This document shows positions 25,938 to 35,139 of a stretch of 63,577 bases of DNA, piece after piece. This DNA is from Deltaproteobacteria bacterium (GTDB lineage: Archaea > Thermoplasmatota > Poseidoniia > Poseidoniales > Poseidoniaceae). The position numbers and the translations under genes are program-made. Location of the stretch: positions 1-63,577 of the forward strand of contig JAOMAZ010000003.1 of the NCBI GenBank assembly GCA_028344335.1. The letters run 5' to 3'. The stretch's first letter is position 1. Every line of letters starts with the position of its first letter. Below the pieces are notes generated by a model. It worked only from the letters and a program-made list of their open reading frames with translations. It was not told the DNA's origin and made no database searches.

Positions 25938-26602
25938 TGGTTGACACCAATTTACTACTAGCTGGCCATGCACTGATAATTCTAGGCGGGGTTTTCATCG
26001 CCTTTTCAAATAAATTCCTTTCGAGCCAAAGGGATAGATTGCTCGCAGGCCTCTCTTTAGTCATTTTAGGTGGCTTCACAGTCAGCACTCACACATGGTG
26101 GTTTCACAATAAATATCATGAGTTAGGAGGGGATATCGGTTGTTCTGCATTTGGCTCCTTTAGTTGTGGCGATGTGTTGGCCAATTCCGAGTGGAATACA
26201 GTGCCAATGCTGGGAATACCGTGGGGTTTGATGGGTATGTTTGCATTCTCCTTACTCGGGTTTTTGACTCTAAGTGTTCGTAAGGATCACAATGCAAAAT
26301 GGGTTAAGACATACCTCGATATCGGTTATGTTGCATCTGGTTTTGGAATACTAATCGCGTTATACCTACTTTACGTCGAAATTATACCACTGGAAATGAC
26401 CTTCTGCCAATATTGTAGCGTTGCACACCTTGCAGACATTATCGCTTTCGTTATGTTTATGAAAATAAGGAAATTACAGGGTACTGATCAATGGGACCCC
26501 GTGGCATCACAGGATGCAAAGGATGCCAAAGCCAAGGATATCAAGAGGGCGCAGCGCAAGAAGAATAGTGGCTTTGTCAAACCAACTACACGAGATGAGT
26601 AA
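25937..26602 (+). CDS. Vitamin K epoxide reductase (VKOR) family protein, DsbB-analogue
   Basis: Loop cysteine pair CSAFGSFSC, followed by DVLANSEWNTVPMLGIPWGLMG (the S...G-I-P signature). TM-embedded FCQYCSVAH CxxC. Four to five TM helices. The start overlaps the upstream stop (TGATG). Confidence 0.75.
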   Translation: MVDTNLLLAGHALIILGGVFIAFSNKFLSSQRDRLLAGLSLVILGGFTVSTHTWWFHNKYHELGGDIGCSAFGSFSCGDVLANSEWNTVPMLGIPWGLMGMFAFSLLGFLTLSVRKDHNAKWVKTYLDIGYVASGFGILIALYLLYVEIIPLEMTFCQYCSVAHLADIIAFVMFMKIRKLQGTDQWDPVASQDAKDAKAKDIKRAQRKKNSGFVKPTTRDE

Positions 26603-26604
26603 GA

Positions 26605-27132
26605 ATGAACCAAAAGTCCCTCGGCGGAATTTTGTTAATTCTTGGAGCTGTATTAATCGGTGTAATTATTTCTATAATTCTTAGTCCTGATGAACAAGTA
26701 AAAATCGAGAGCGAGCACGATGGAGGATATTCTGGATTTGATTATGATTTAGCCCATCAATGCCTCGATGACCATAGCCAAGTTGGCGCCCATTTCCATC
26801 CTTCTTTGACCATAAAGATAGATGGGGATGAAGTTTTGATTCCGACAAACACGGGAATCGCTACCGATGAATGCGATGGAATGCACTTCGTACATACGCA
26901 TGATGATTCAGGAAAGTTACATGTCGAAACTCCCGAACCTAAAGAGGTTAAACTGGGTGTTTTCTTCCAGATTTGGGATGTATATTTTGCAGAAGATGGA
27001 ATCAGCACCCACCGAGTTAACGATACTCACGAGATGGTGATGTCTGTTGATGGAGCCGTCGTAGAATCATATGGCGAGCATGTATTATCCGATGGTCAGC
27101 AAATTCTTATTGAATATATCAAGAAGTCTTAG
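26605..27132 (+). CDS. Membrane-anchored His/Cys-rich hypothetical protein, last gene of the epimerase-TlpA-VKOR operon
   Basis: N-terminal TM (ILLILGAVLIGVIISIIL). HQCLDDHSQVGAHFHPSL and TDECDGMHFVHTHDDSGKLHVE. It begins 3 nt after the VKOR stop. Confidence 0.6.
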   Translation: MNQKSLGGILLILGAVLIGVIISIILSPDEQVKIESEHDGGYSGFDYDLAHQCLDDHSQVGAHFHPSLTIKIDGDEVLIPTNTGIATDECDGMHFVHTHDDSGKLHVETPEPKEVKLGVFFQIWDVYFAEDGISTHRVNDTHEMVMSVDGAVVESYGEHVLSDGQQILIEYIKKS

Positions 27133-27404
27133 GGCTGAAACATTGTACTCATGTCGAAGTCTAGGGTTTTAGAATGAGTTTCAACCGGTTCAATTCTGAT
27201 GACGGTTACATCAATTCTTTCGACATGGCTATATTCAACGCGTAATTCTTCGAATAATGTCGCCTGAACGGATTTGATATCCTTTCCTTTCAATATTGAG
27301 AGGTGATGATATGAGATATTCTCGATATCTACGCGGTATTCAACTACCCACTCTCGTTCTGGTTGCTCTTGTTGCTTGGTTCCGTGTTCCCAATGACCTT
27401 CCAT
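27129..27404 (-). CDS. Hypothetical protein (91 aa)
   Basis: ORF only. Its end overlaps the convergent gene by 4 nt. Confidence 0.4.
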   Translation of the reverse strand: MEGHWEHGTKQQEQPEREWVVEYRVDIENISYHHLSILKGKDIKSVQATLFEELRVEYSHVERIDVTVIRIEPVETHSKTLDFDMSTMFQP

Positions 27405-27512
27405 TATACATGGACTATACTTGCTAGGTTATCAATGCCATGGTGCTCCTGCATCAAACAATAAGACATTGGTTTCAAGAGGGAGGATGACAAGAGGAGT
27501 GCAGACGCAGGT

Positions 27513-28385
27513 TTAATCCTTCTTTTTCATGGGAAATGCAAGATAAATACCAAATGCTCCAACAATTGCCAATAACCAAACCCAAGAACTATCATCAGCA
27601 TCCGGAGCGTTGTCGATTTCAAGGCTTGAAATAACAGCTAAAGGATAAGATGAATCACTTCTTTCATGGATTATTACCCAAAATACATCGTCTTCCAAAA
27701 TATCATCATTGATTAATCGCAGATTTACTGAGTTTTGGGTGAATTCTGATTGAAGTAGATTCCACCCAATTCCACCTTCTTCGGTGGATTGGTTGTCAAG
27801 GTCTATTGAAAATGAATTTAATAATACATTATGAAATTGGGTTTGACTATTTGATGCTGCACCTTTTCGCAATGTTATTGATTCTTCAACTAACATAATT
27901 GTCAATCTACTGCCATTTCTCTCTTCTTGACTGCTTGTTAATTCAATATCCATCCCTTCAGTAGTGGGGCTCATCGCTAATTCACTGCTACTCGCTCGAC
28001 TAGATTCGCTCTTCATCACCTGACGTGATAGAGAAGACATATCGATGACACCTTCTCCATAGAAAGCCCCATTTAGCCAAAACGCAGGTGTACCGTTGGC
28101 CTCATTTGCATTGATATGAGCAGCTCTCAAATTCATTGCCATATTATTGAGTGGATCACCTTCGGGGTGAATCGTTATGGTAATCAGGCGACTTGCATGA
28201 ACTTGTTGTAATTCCACAACCTGTGGGTCGATTATGACACAATAATCACACCAAGTAGCCGTCAATTCCTCAACAAGCACTTTGCTTCCTTTGTATTCCT
28301 CATTCGAAGATGCATGACTAGAACTAGGAATTGCTGCTAATAATAGCAGCAGAATAAGCATCCACGACTTCGCTGCCACGACCAT
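27513..28385 (-). CDS. Secreted thioredoxin-fold protein with WCxxC motif and C-terminal TM anchor
   Basis: Signal WMLILLLLLAAIPSSSHA. LVEELTATWCDYCVIIDP. C-terminal WVWLLAIVGAFGIYLAF followed by PMKKKD. Confidence 0.65.
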   Translation of the reverse strand: MVVAAKSWMLILLLLLAAIPSSSHASSNEEYKGSKVLVEELTATWCDYCVIIDPQVVELQQVHASRLITITIHPEGDPLNNMAMNLRAAHINANEANGTPAFWLNGAFYGEGVIDMSSLSRQVMKSESSRASSSELAMSPTTEGMDIELTSSQEERNGSRLTIMLVEESITLRKGAASNSQTQFHNVLLNSFSIDLDNQSTEEGGIGWNLLQSEFTQNSVNLRLINDDILEDDVFWVIIHERSDSSYPLAVISSLEIDNAPDADDSSWVWLLAIVGAFGIYLAFPMKKKD

Positions 28386-28411
28386 TCCAACATGTACCTA
28401 CCAATGAATAT

Positions 28412-29182
28412 ATGTCTGAATGGCGCCGCCATGTGTTTGATATCATGTCAGATAGGTGGGTGCAGGACCATCAACGCGACTCTTGGCGCCGTAAGGCTGT
28501 TGCAGAGGGGTATCGGGCCCGTTCAGCCTTCAAGTTGAAACAAATCCAAGCCCGTTTCGAGATCATGGAAGAAGGGGATGTTGTTCTCGATGTTGGCGCC
28601 CATCCTGGAGGCTGGACCCAAGTTGCGGTTGAAGAAGTCGGAGAACAGGGAGTCGTCATCGGAGTTGATCTTGTGTCATCAAAACCCGTTGATGGTGCTC
28701 AATTATTAGTTGGGGATATTACCCACCCTCAAACTCAAGATAGAATTCTTGACTTGCTAGATGGAAAACCAATCAATGCAGTCATCTCAGATATATCTCC
28801 CGATATTACAGGGCGTTGGGAGATGGACCAAGCCATTGCAATAGACCTTGTAGCCAAAGTTTTCGATTTTGCTTTGCCCTTATTGTGTGCTGGTGGAAAG
28901 TTCATCACGAAGTTATTCCAAGGCGTTGGAGTGGACGATTTGATTAAGAGCGTGAAACCATACTTCTCCAAAGTCAAGCGATTCTCACCAGAAGCAAGCC
29001 GCAATTCCTCAAGTGAAGTCTACCTAGTCTGCCTTAATCACAAACCATGGTTAGCAGGAAGAGACGGTCCTGATATCACTGGGAAAATGGAGATTGCATT
29101 CAATGATAGCGAAGAGGAAGAAGAGATTCAAACGGTAGCAACTGGATTTAGAGTAGTAAGAAGGAATACGGAATCAGAATAG
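28412..29182 (+). CDS. rlmE: 23S rRNA 2'-O-ribose methyltransferase RlmE/FtsJ (RrmJ)
   Basis: YRARSAFKLKQIQARFEIMEEGDVVLDVGAHPGGWTQV...VISDISPDITG...KFITKLFQG. Acidic C-terminal extension. Confidence 0.88.
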   Translation: MSEWRRHVFDIMSDRWVQDHQRDSWRRKAVAEGYRARSAFKLKQIQARFEIMEEGDVVLDVGAHPGGWTQVAVEEVGEQGVVIGVDLVSSKPVDGAQLLVGDITHPQTQDRILDLLDGKPINAVISDISPDITGRWEMDQAIAIDLVAKVFDFALPLLCAGGKFITKLFQGVGVDDLIKSVKPYFSKVKRFSPEASRNSSSEVYLVCLNHKPWLAGRDGPDITGKMEIAFNDSEEEEEIQTVATGFRVVRRNTESE

Positions 29183-29219
29183 ACGACTTAATAGTGAAAG
29201 AATAAATGCACAGAGTTTC

Positions 29220-29618
29220 ATGACCATCGATGCAAGAACCAAAGCAATATTGAAGCACGCCGGAGTGAATAGGAGCATTTCACCTGCTAAGAAATTCAAA
29301 ACCCCTCCCCCTACTCCTAATCCAAGGACTTCTATTCAATCACTTGTGGCTGAAAGGCCATTCGCCAGAGTAGAAATAGTCATCTTGAGAAAATACCCTC
29401 GCAGATATGTTAGCAATCAACGTTATACTGGTTATGTTGCGGCTGCTTGTGGGAGAGATGAAACTGGATTTGTCGGCCTTGTTTTATGGGGCGAACAAGT
29501 TGATGAGGTTAGGGTTGGAGACCTTGTCAGAATCGAAGCAGGCTGGGCAAGACGTCATGCCGGAGATATGATTATCAGTAGTGGGAGAAACGGTAGACTA
29601 TCTATCATTGAAGCCTAA
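29220..29618 (+). CDS. OB-fold nucleic-acid-binding protein (small SSB/RPA-like)
   Basis: ARVEIVIL...GYVAAACGRDETGFVGLVLWGEQVDEVRVGDLVRIEAGWARRHAGDMIISSGRNGRLSI; this pattern is typical of single-OB archaeal proteins. Confidence 0.6.
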   Translation: MTIDARTKAILKHAGVNRSISPAKKFKTPPPTPNPRTSIQSLVAERPFARVEIVILRKYPRRYVSNQRYTGYVAAACGRDETGFVGLVLWGEQVDEVRVGDLVRIEAGWARRHAGDMIISSGRNGRLSIIEA

Positions 29619-29688
29619 TTCCTTAGGTTCTCATTTGAGCAATCATAAAGAGGGGGACCGTTTGGGCCAAACGCCCGAGGCTACTATC

Positions 29689-29856
29689 ATGAGTGAGCGC
29701 GCAACCGTCTGTACAGCATCAGGAGTACCATTGGTCGATTCGGCCAGTACTTCATTCCCATGTCCACAATGTAGCCATGCAATTGGCCGCAGCCCACGTT
29801 GCCGCAATCAAGCGGTTGCTTGGATTTGTCCAGAATGTGGCTTCCAAGGGCCCTGA
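29689..29856 (+). CDS. Small zinc-ribbon protein (two C(P)xCG-type knuckle pairs), the type commonly found upstream of aEF-1beta
   Basis: MSERATVCTASG...FPCPQCSHAIGRSPRCRNQAVAWICPECGFQGP, 55 aa. It ends 11 nt before the EF-1beta ATG. Confidence 0.65.
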   Translation: MSERATVCTASGVPLVDSASTSFPCPQCSHAIGRSPRCRNQAVAWICPECGFQGP

Positions 29857-29867
29857 GGCGATTTTCC

Positions 29868-30134
29868 ATGGGATTAGTTGCAATAACATACAAGATAATG
29901 GGAGCCGATGGAGATACCGACATCGAGGCTGTTGCCGATAGAGTTCGAGGATTGGCTGATGATGTCTTCGACATCCAAGCAGTTGAGTTGAAGCCCTTGG
30001 CTTTTGGTCTTCGTTTCATTCAACTTCACGTCGTTATGGACGATGGTGAAGGATTGGTTGATTCCTTTGAAGGCAAGGTCAAAGGTGTTGGCGATGTTGG
30101 GGAAGTTGAAGTCCTCGAAATTGGCTTGCTCTGA
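29868..30134 (+). CDS. ef1b: Translation elongation factor aEF-1beta
   Basis: MGLVAITYKIMGADGDTDIEAV...KPLAFGLRFIQLHVVMDDGEG...GEVEVLEIGLL. 88 aa, matching the archaeal EF-1beta length and pattern. Confidence 0.85.
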   Translation: MGLVAITYKIMGADGDTDIEAVADRVRGLADDVFDIQAVELKPLAFGLRFIQLHVVMDDGEGLVDSFEGKVKGVGDVGEVEVLEIGLL

Positions 30135-30220
30135 TAAAATCAGAAAACACTTGTTTCTACATACTAGTTGCACAGTAACTTGTTGCACAATTTTGCTTGT
30201 TGCGTTATGATGCATGCTGC

Positions 30221-31612
30221 TCAGAGTTGTCTAATTGGAACCCGCATGAACTCTTTCAACAGAGTGGTTGCATAGGTCCCACTTGGCAAGGTGAATCTAA
30301 ACCTCAAACAAGCACCTTCTGGATGCCAACGACTTCCCTCTTGTGGTCCTTCACCCCAACGCTTATCCAAAGTTTCTGGATCTGCCTTTGGCACTGTATC
30401 AATGACTAATTCCCTAAAGGTGGAGACCAATGGTCTTCTTGCACCTCTGCTGGATAATCTTGGAATGGATTTTACTTTCCATGTAAAGTTTTGAAGTTCC
30501 AAGTCTTCCATGGCCTTTTGTGCATGAGGACCTAAGTTCTCACTTTCAGAGCCAGGTAAGACTCCTGTCGGCACAAGCCTACCCATCTGACAATTACGTT
30601 GTAGTCTTGGTAATGTACTTTCATTCGCCAAAACCATACGCTTGCTCTCAAGACTACCTGATTCATCCACCGGCCCAACGACGTCTCCGAGAATGGGGAT
30701 TGTAATTGGCTGATTATCCTTGATTCTGTTTTGTAATAAGTGATTGAAAACGAGAGATTGAAGTGCATGAATCCCCAATAGTTGCAGGGATTTTGGCATT
30801 TTGGTAAAGGCTCCAATGTAGTCTTCAGGGTTTTTGATAAGGTGGTGAAGCATTTCCTTTTCCCATCCAAGATGCTTTGGAGCTAATTCGATGGCGGCTT
30901 CAGCATCCTCATGTTCCCGCCAATGGCTGCGGAATTTTTCTACTTCCTCACTTTCACTTTGGCCTTCAAAGCCAATGTATGCTGAAACCGCGCCTGCGAC
31001 ATCATCTTTGACAAGAAACCTGCCGAATTCTGGTGTTACTGGGCGATTGGCTCCGAATCTTTGAGGCCCGATGAAGTTGGGGAATCTACCCTTTCCAAGC
31101 ATTTCTTCTAGTGAATCCTTGATATAATCAACTTGCTCAAGTGCTTCATTTTCCGACATTGGGCTGCCATCTTGGTGTGCACAACCGCGTACAATTATGG
31201 TGAAGCGATTACCTCGATGACTGCCGAATCCGAGTTTTTGGTGCGTCCTTCCCAATATGTCTATTTCTACATCCTTAAGGTCGACTGATGCAACGTTCTT
31301 GACATGGGTGTCGATAACGAAGAGTTGTTTGGTGATAGCCTTCTTGTCCTTTGTTCCGGCAAACCAGATCCGGTTGCTGGAAATTCGCAGGCGCTTTGCT
31401 AATTGTTTAACAAATCTATTTGTTTCCCAATTTGTCAAGGTTATCCTTGCGAGGGTGAATCTACCTTTGTTATCGGTTGAAACGGATTTAGACTCTTCAT
31501 CAACGCGAAAATCGCTAACACGCATTTTGAGCATGCCGCCGATGCCTTTGCTTTCAACGGTATAGCCGCTAAGTCCCATACCCTCAGCAAGTGGGTCAGC
31601 CATGCCACCCAC
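30221..31612 (-). CDS. truD: tRNA pseudouridine synthase TruD/Pus7 family
   Basis: RIWFAGTKDKKAITKQ (the catalytic GTKDK.A.T.Q motif), 463 aa. Confidence 0.85.
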   Translation of the reverse strand: MGGMADPLAEGMGLSGYTVESKGIGGMLKMRVSDFRVDEESKSVSTDNKGRFTLARITLTNWETNRFVKQLAKRLRISSNRIWFAGTKDKKAITKQLFVIDTHVKNVASVDLKDVEIDILGRTHQKLGFGSHRGNRFTIIVRGCAHQDGSPMSENEALEQVDYIKDSLEEMLGKGRFPNFIGPQRFGANRPVTPEFGRFLVKDDVAGAVSAYIGFEGQSESEEVEKFRSHWREHEDAEAAIELAPKHLGWEKEMLHHLIKNPEDYIGAFTKMPKSLQLLGIHALQSLVFNHLLQNRIKDNQPITIPILGDVVGPVDESGSLESKRMVLANESTLPRLQRNCQMGRLVPTGVLPGSESENLGPHAQKAMEDLELQNFTWKVKSIPRLSSRGARRPLVSTFRELVIDTVPKADPETLDKRWGEGPQEGSRWHPEGACLRFRFTLPSGTYATTLLKEFMRVPIRQL

Positions 31613-31616
31613 CTAC

Positions 31617-31874
31617 TCAAATGGTGGTGCTGGAGAAATCTTTAGCCAAGTCTGAGCATAGGTCTTTTAGCAATTTTTCAGCGGAGGTATTGCCCTTAGT
31701 TCTCAAGTAAAGTTCTGGCTCATCTAGGTCAGGGTGCCCTGGGAAGTAGTTTGCATAATCCACATTCTTGTGGTCATTGCAGCGCTGACGGAATAGTTGT
31801 AGAGAGGTGTGGCTTTCACCAATGAAGCGTATTCGCAGTTCATTTTTCTCGCGGAGAAGGACCTTGATTGGCAT
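31617..31874 (-). CDS. rpoL: DNA-directed RNA polymerase subunit L (Rpo11)
   Basis: ELRIRFIGESHTSLQLFRQ...VDYANYFPGHPDLDEPELYLRTKG. 85 aa, directly upstream of truD. Confidence 0.8.
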   Translation of the reverse strand: MPIKVLLREKNELRIRFIGESHTSLQLFRQRCNDHKNVDYANYFPGHPDLDEPELYLRTKGNTSAEKLLKDLCSDLAKDFSSTTI

Positions 31875-31926
31875 GTTAATCGATTCGCCGAACTAAGAGG
31901 TCTGTTTGAACCTTGTGTAAGCAGCG

Positions 31927-34581
31927 ATGTTGCCCCCCCCTCCTTTCAATACCCCTGTAAGGGGCACTGTCGGCCCTTTCCATTATCAACCCCACCTTGC
32001 TGCGATGCTCATGCAGGAGGAGCGACCTGCTTGGTTAGAAAAGGCGGGAAAGCACTTTGAGAGGGCCTCGTGGCCGATTTTAGCCGCTTCCACTGTAGTC
32101 ACAATTATTCTTCTTTTACAATTAGTTCCAGACCTTCCGTCCTTCCACACGGATTTAGCTGAATTTTCACCTGATGGTGATGCTTCAAACTCCAAGGAAA
32201 GGATGGAAGAATATTTCCCTAGCGAATCCCGTCCCGTTTTTATCCATGTTGAGGCTGATAATGGTGACAATATTTTGGCCATTGAAAATATACAATTGAT
32301 GCATAGCCACTTGCAGGTGATTCGCAATCTTTCTGAAAACCATCAAGATCTCATCGTCAATGAAATCGCTGCTCCAGGGATAATTGAAACTGCCCTCACC
32401 GAAGAAGGAGATGGCACATTAATTTCAGAATTAACAAATTGGACACATTTGTTAGATTTAGTGGTGGGCTCTGATGTCGATTGCCTTAGTTCCCGAGATG
32501 ACCAATTGGACTCGGTAGCTGCTTTTGCTCGTGACTCTTTATTGCATCGAGACCTATCTTATAGCAAGGTTTGTGATTATCTCGACGATAGTTCTGGAGA
32601 AGGTACCCCAAGCGCTACTTCTACGCTTTGGGTTTTGGAAATTGACCCTTCTTTGGAAGTGAGTGAGAGGCAGGTTAAGCAAGACCTACTACGTCAAGAA
32701 TTTGCCAATCTATCTGCTGGGTCAGGATTAACTTACTCGGTGGTTTCTTTAGATTTAATTTCATATGATATCGATGCTGGTACTTTCGATAATCTGGTAT
32801 TGTTAGTCATCCTTTCAACCTTGGTTGTAGTGGTTGTTTTGGCCATAGCATTCCGCTCAAAGCGCGGAGTCGCCTTTCCACTCGTTGGATTGTCCTGTGC
32901 GATGATTTGGACCTATGGTTTATTGGCGGCGATGGATGTTTCATTCTCTGCCTTGGAAGTTGCTGTGGCCCCTCTAATTCTTGGCCTAGGTATTGATTAC
33001 TCCATCCATCTTCAACGTCGTTATGAAGCATACCGAGGCCAAGGCCTCGATGCTGCACAGTCTTGGTTGCTTTCTTGCAACCGCCTTTCAGTTGCTTTGT
33101 CTTTGGCAGTGTTAACTACAGTTGCTGCCTTTTTATCAAACATTTTGTCGGACTTGCCACCAGTACGTACTTTTGGTTTGGCTTTGGCCTTTGGTGTAGT
33201 ATCTGCTTTCATTGTATCAACAGTTGTAGTAGGTGCAATGCATGTTGTCATGAATCGTAGTGGCGGGGAAAGGGTTCACAGAGCGCCATTACAATTCCCA
33301 AGGGCTGTTGAGCGCGTTCTTGGAGTTCAGAAGCGCCAACAAGCGGCAGTATTGATTACTGCAGTCATAATTTCTTTCGCCTCTCTGCTCAGCGCAGCAA
33401 GCCTTGAAACAGAGTTTGACTTGACTGATTTCCTCGATGATGAGATGCCCATTATGCAAGTACGTGGAGAATTACAAGATGCATATATTGCATCTGGCTG
33501 GAAACCAGTCTACTTGTTTTGGGAACCAATTGATGGACAACAGAACATCCCAGATGGAAATGATTTGCTAATCCAACTCGATGCCTTGGATAATCGACTT
33601 GGCCATATCCATGGAGTTGTCGGCGTCGAACGCTCATCAGACCACCCAGCCTACGAAGGAATATACACAGTGCTTAGGGATAAGGTACAGCGGGATTCAG
33701 ATTTTGGAGAGCGTCATAACCTCGTGATGTATGGGCAATCTTTGGTCAGAGATGATGTTGAAAAGGGAATAGACCTTTCAGACGCTTTAGTAGAATTAAG
33801 TACTGATGAAGGAGTTAGCGACCCACTTTCTGGCAGAACCTGGTCTGAGCGTATCGAAGTCGTTGTTCACATAGAAGATGGCGAAATATCTTACTTGAGG
33901 ATGGAAATCAGAGTTATTGCCAGTACCAGCGCCCAGAGTAGCAATATCATTGAGGAGATTGAACAACAACTTGGTTCAACAGATAATAGCGGAACAATCC
34001 GAAATGCTCTATCAAATACTGCTGTAATCACTGTGACCGGTGACCTTGTTATGCTTGAATCGGTGTTGAAAGGATTGAATGATTCTCAAGTTGAGTCAAC
34101 GGCCATCAGTCTTGGAGTTTCATTTGCAGTTCTGTTCCTACTTACACGTCGCATAATGCCAGCGATGTTGACCCTTGCACCAGTTGCGTTGGCGACTCTT
34201 TGGGTAGTTGGTTCGATGGTTATTTTTGGTTTGAATTGGAATGTGTTAACTGTTATGGTGACTGCCTTGACGATTGGAATAGGAATAGATTACTCGATCC
34301 ACATCTGGCGCCGGTTTGAGATTGAATGCGCTGAGGGTGATGACCCTTGGGAAGCGATGAAGAGGACTTTGGGAACTACCGGCGTTGCCCTTGCTCTTTC
34401 TTCGGGGACCACGATGTGTGGATTCATGGTCTTGTTATTATCTCCAATGCCGGTGATTAGAGACTTTGGTTTGGTTACCTCATTGACAGTTTTATTCTCA
34501 TTCATCTTATCTGTCATGGTGCTTCCAATCTTGCTTGTAATGAGTGCTTCAAAAGGCACCGAAACTTCAGTCTCGCAATGA
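31927..34581 (+). CDS. RND-superfamily exporter, COG1033/MMPL-type (paralogue of 19710-22565)
   Basis: GLGIDYSIHLQRRYE and GIGIDYSIHIWRRFE, each closing a multi-TM bundle. The likely true start is the ATG at 32005 or 32011 (MLMQEERPAWLEK); the 31927 start would run through a C8 tract. Confidence 0.85.
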   Translation: MLPPPPFNTPVRGTVGPFHYQPHLAAMLMQEERPAWLEKAGKHFERASWPILAASTVVTIILLLQLVPDLPSFHTDLAEFSPDGDASNSKERMEEYFPSESRPVFIHVEADNGDNILAIENIQLMHSHLQVIRNLSENHQDLIVNEIAAPGIIETALTEEGDGTLISELTNWTHLLDLVVGSDVDCLSSRDDQLDSVAAFARDSLLHRDLSYSKVCDYLDDSSGEGTPSATSTLWVLEIDPSLEVSERQVKQDLLRQEFANLSAGSGLTYSVVSLDLISYDIDAGTFDNLVLLVILSTLVVVVVLAIAFRSKRGVAFPLVGLSCAMIWTYGLLAAMDVSFSALEVAVAPLILGLGIDYSIHLQRRYEAYRGQGLDAAQSWLLSCNRLSVALSLAVLTTVAAFLSNILSDLPPVRTFGLALAFGVVSAFIVSTVVVGAMHVVMNRSGGERVHRAPLQFPRAVERVLGVQKRQQAAVLITAVIISFASLLSAASLETEFDLTDFLDDEMPIMQVRGELQDAYIASGWKPVYLFWEPIDGQQNIPDGNDLLIQLDALDNRLGHIHGVVGVERSSDHPAYEGIYTVLRDKVQRDSDFGERHNLVMYGQSLVRDDVEKGIDLSDALVELSTDEGVSDPLSGRTWSERIEVVVHIEDGEISYLRMEIRVIASTSAQSSNIIEEIEQQLGSTDNSGTIRNALSNTAVITVTGDLVMLESVLKGLNDSQVESTAISLGVSFAVLFLLTRRIMPAMLTLAPVALATLWVVGSMVIFGLNWNVLTVMVTALTIGIGIDYSIHIWRRFEIECAEGDDPWEAMKRTLGTTGVALALSSGTTMCGFMVLLLSPMPVIRDFGLVTSLTVLFSFILSVMVLPILLVMSASKGTETSVSQ

Positions 34582-35094
34582 TTCTATCAGTGGTTTAACT
34601 GCAATTCCTTGCTCTCTGGCTACCAAGGCTAAGCAGAACCAATCTTCTACACAACCTAGGGCCCTTTTTTTACGTTTGGCTCGTCGTAAAACTTCTTCTT
34701 TAACCAACCCTGTAATATCGGCAATTATATCCACAGGCTGTTTTTTAATATCGTCAAGAATAGGTGATTTAGCAGTTGTTTTCACACTCTCTTGAATGTT
34801 TTCATTGGGCATTCTAAATGGTGGTGGATGGAGTAGGATACTTGGCCTTGGGAACCAACCTAAGGGTGCTGAAATATTCCTTAAAGTAGGGTTTGGTGAT
34901 AATCCATTCTCCTCTTTTTTCAACCAATGAGATTCTAATAATTGTTCGACAGCAGCTTCGGCTTCATCCGGTTTCAACCACTGAAGGTCAAGGCTCCAAG
35001 AACGAGCTATAGCCTCTCTGCTGAGTGTTTTGTCTACCCCCCTCCAAGTTAAAGCCAATACCCTAATGATATCATCTGCTGCTTTATCGGACAT
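34567..35094 (-). CDS. Hypothetical protein (175 aa), family not confidently recognised
   Basis: ORF with a plausible ATG start (MSDKAADDIIRVLALTW). Its 3' end overlaps the convergent RND gene by 15 nt. Confidence 0.5.
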   Translation of the reverse strand: MSDKAADDIIRVLALTWRGVDKTLSREAIARSWSLDLQWLKPDEAEAAVEQLLESHWLKKEENGLSPNPTLRNISAPLGWFPRPSILLHPPPFRMPNENIQESVKTTAKSPILDDIKKQPVDIIADITGLVKEEVLRRAKRKKRALGCVEDWFCLALVAREQGIAVKPLIESLRD

Positions 35095-35139
35095 TAGGCT
35101 CAGACAAACTGTGATGGCAAGCCACTTTCAAGTCTTGCA

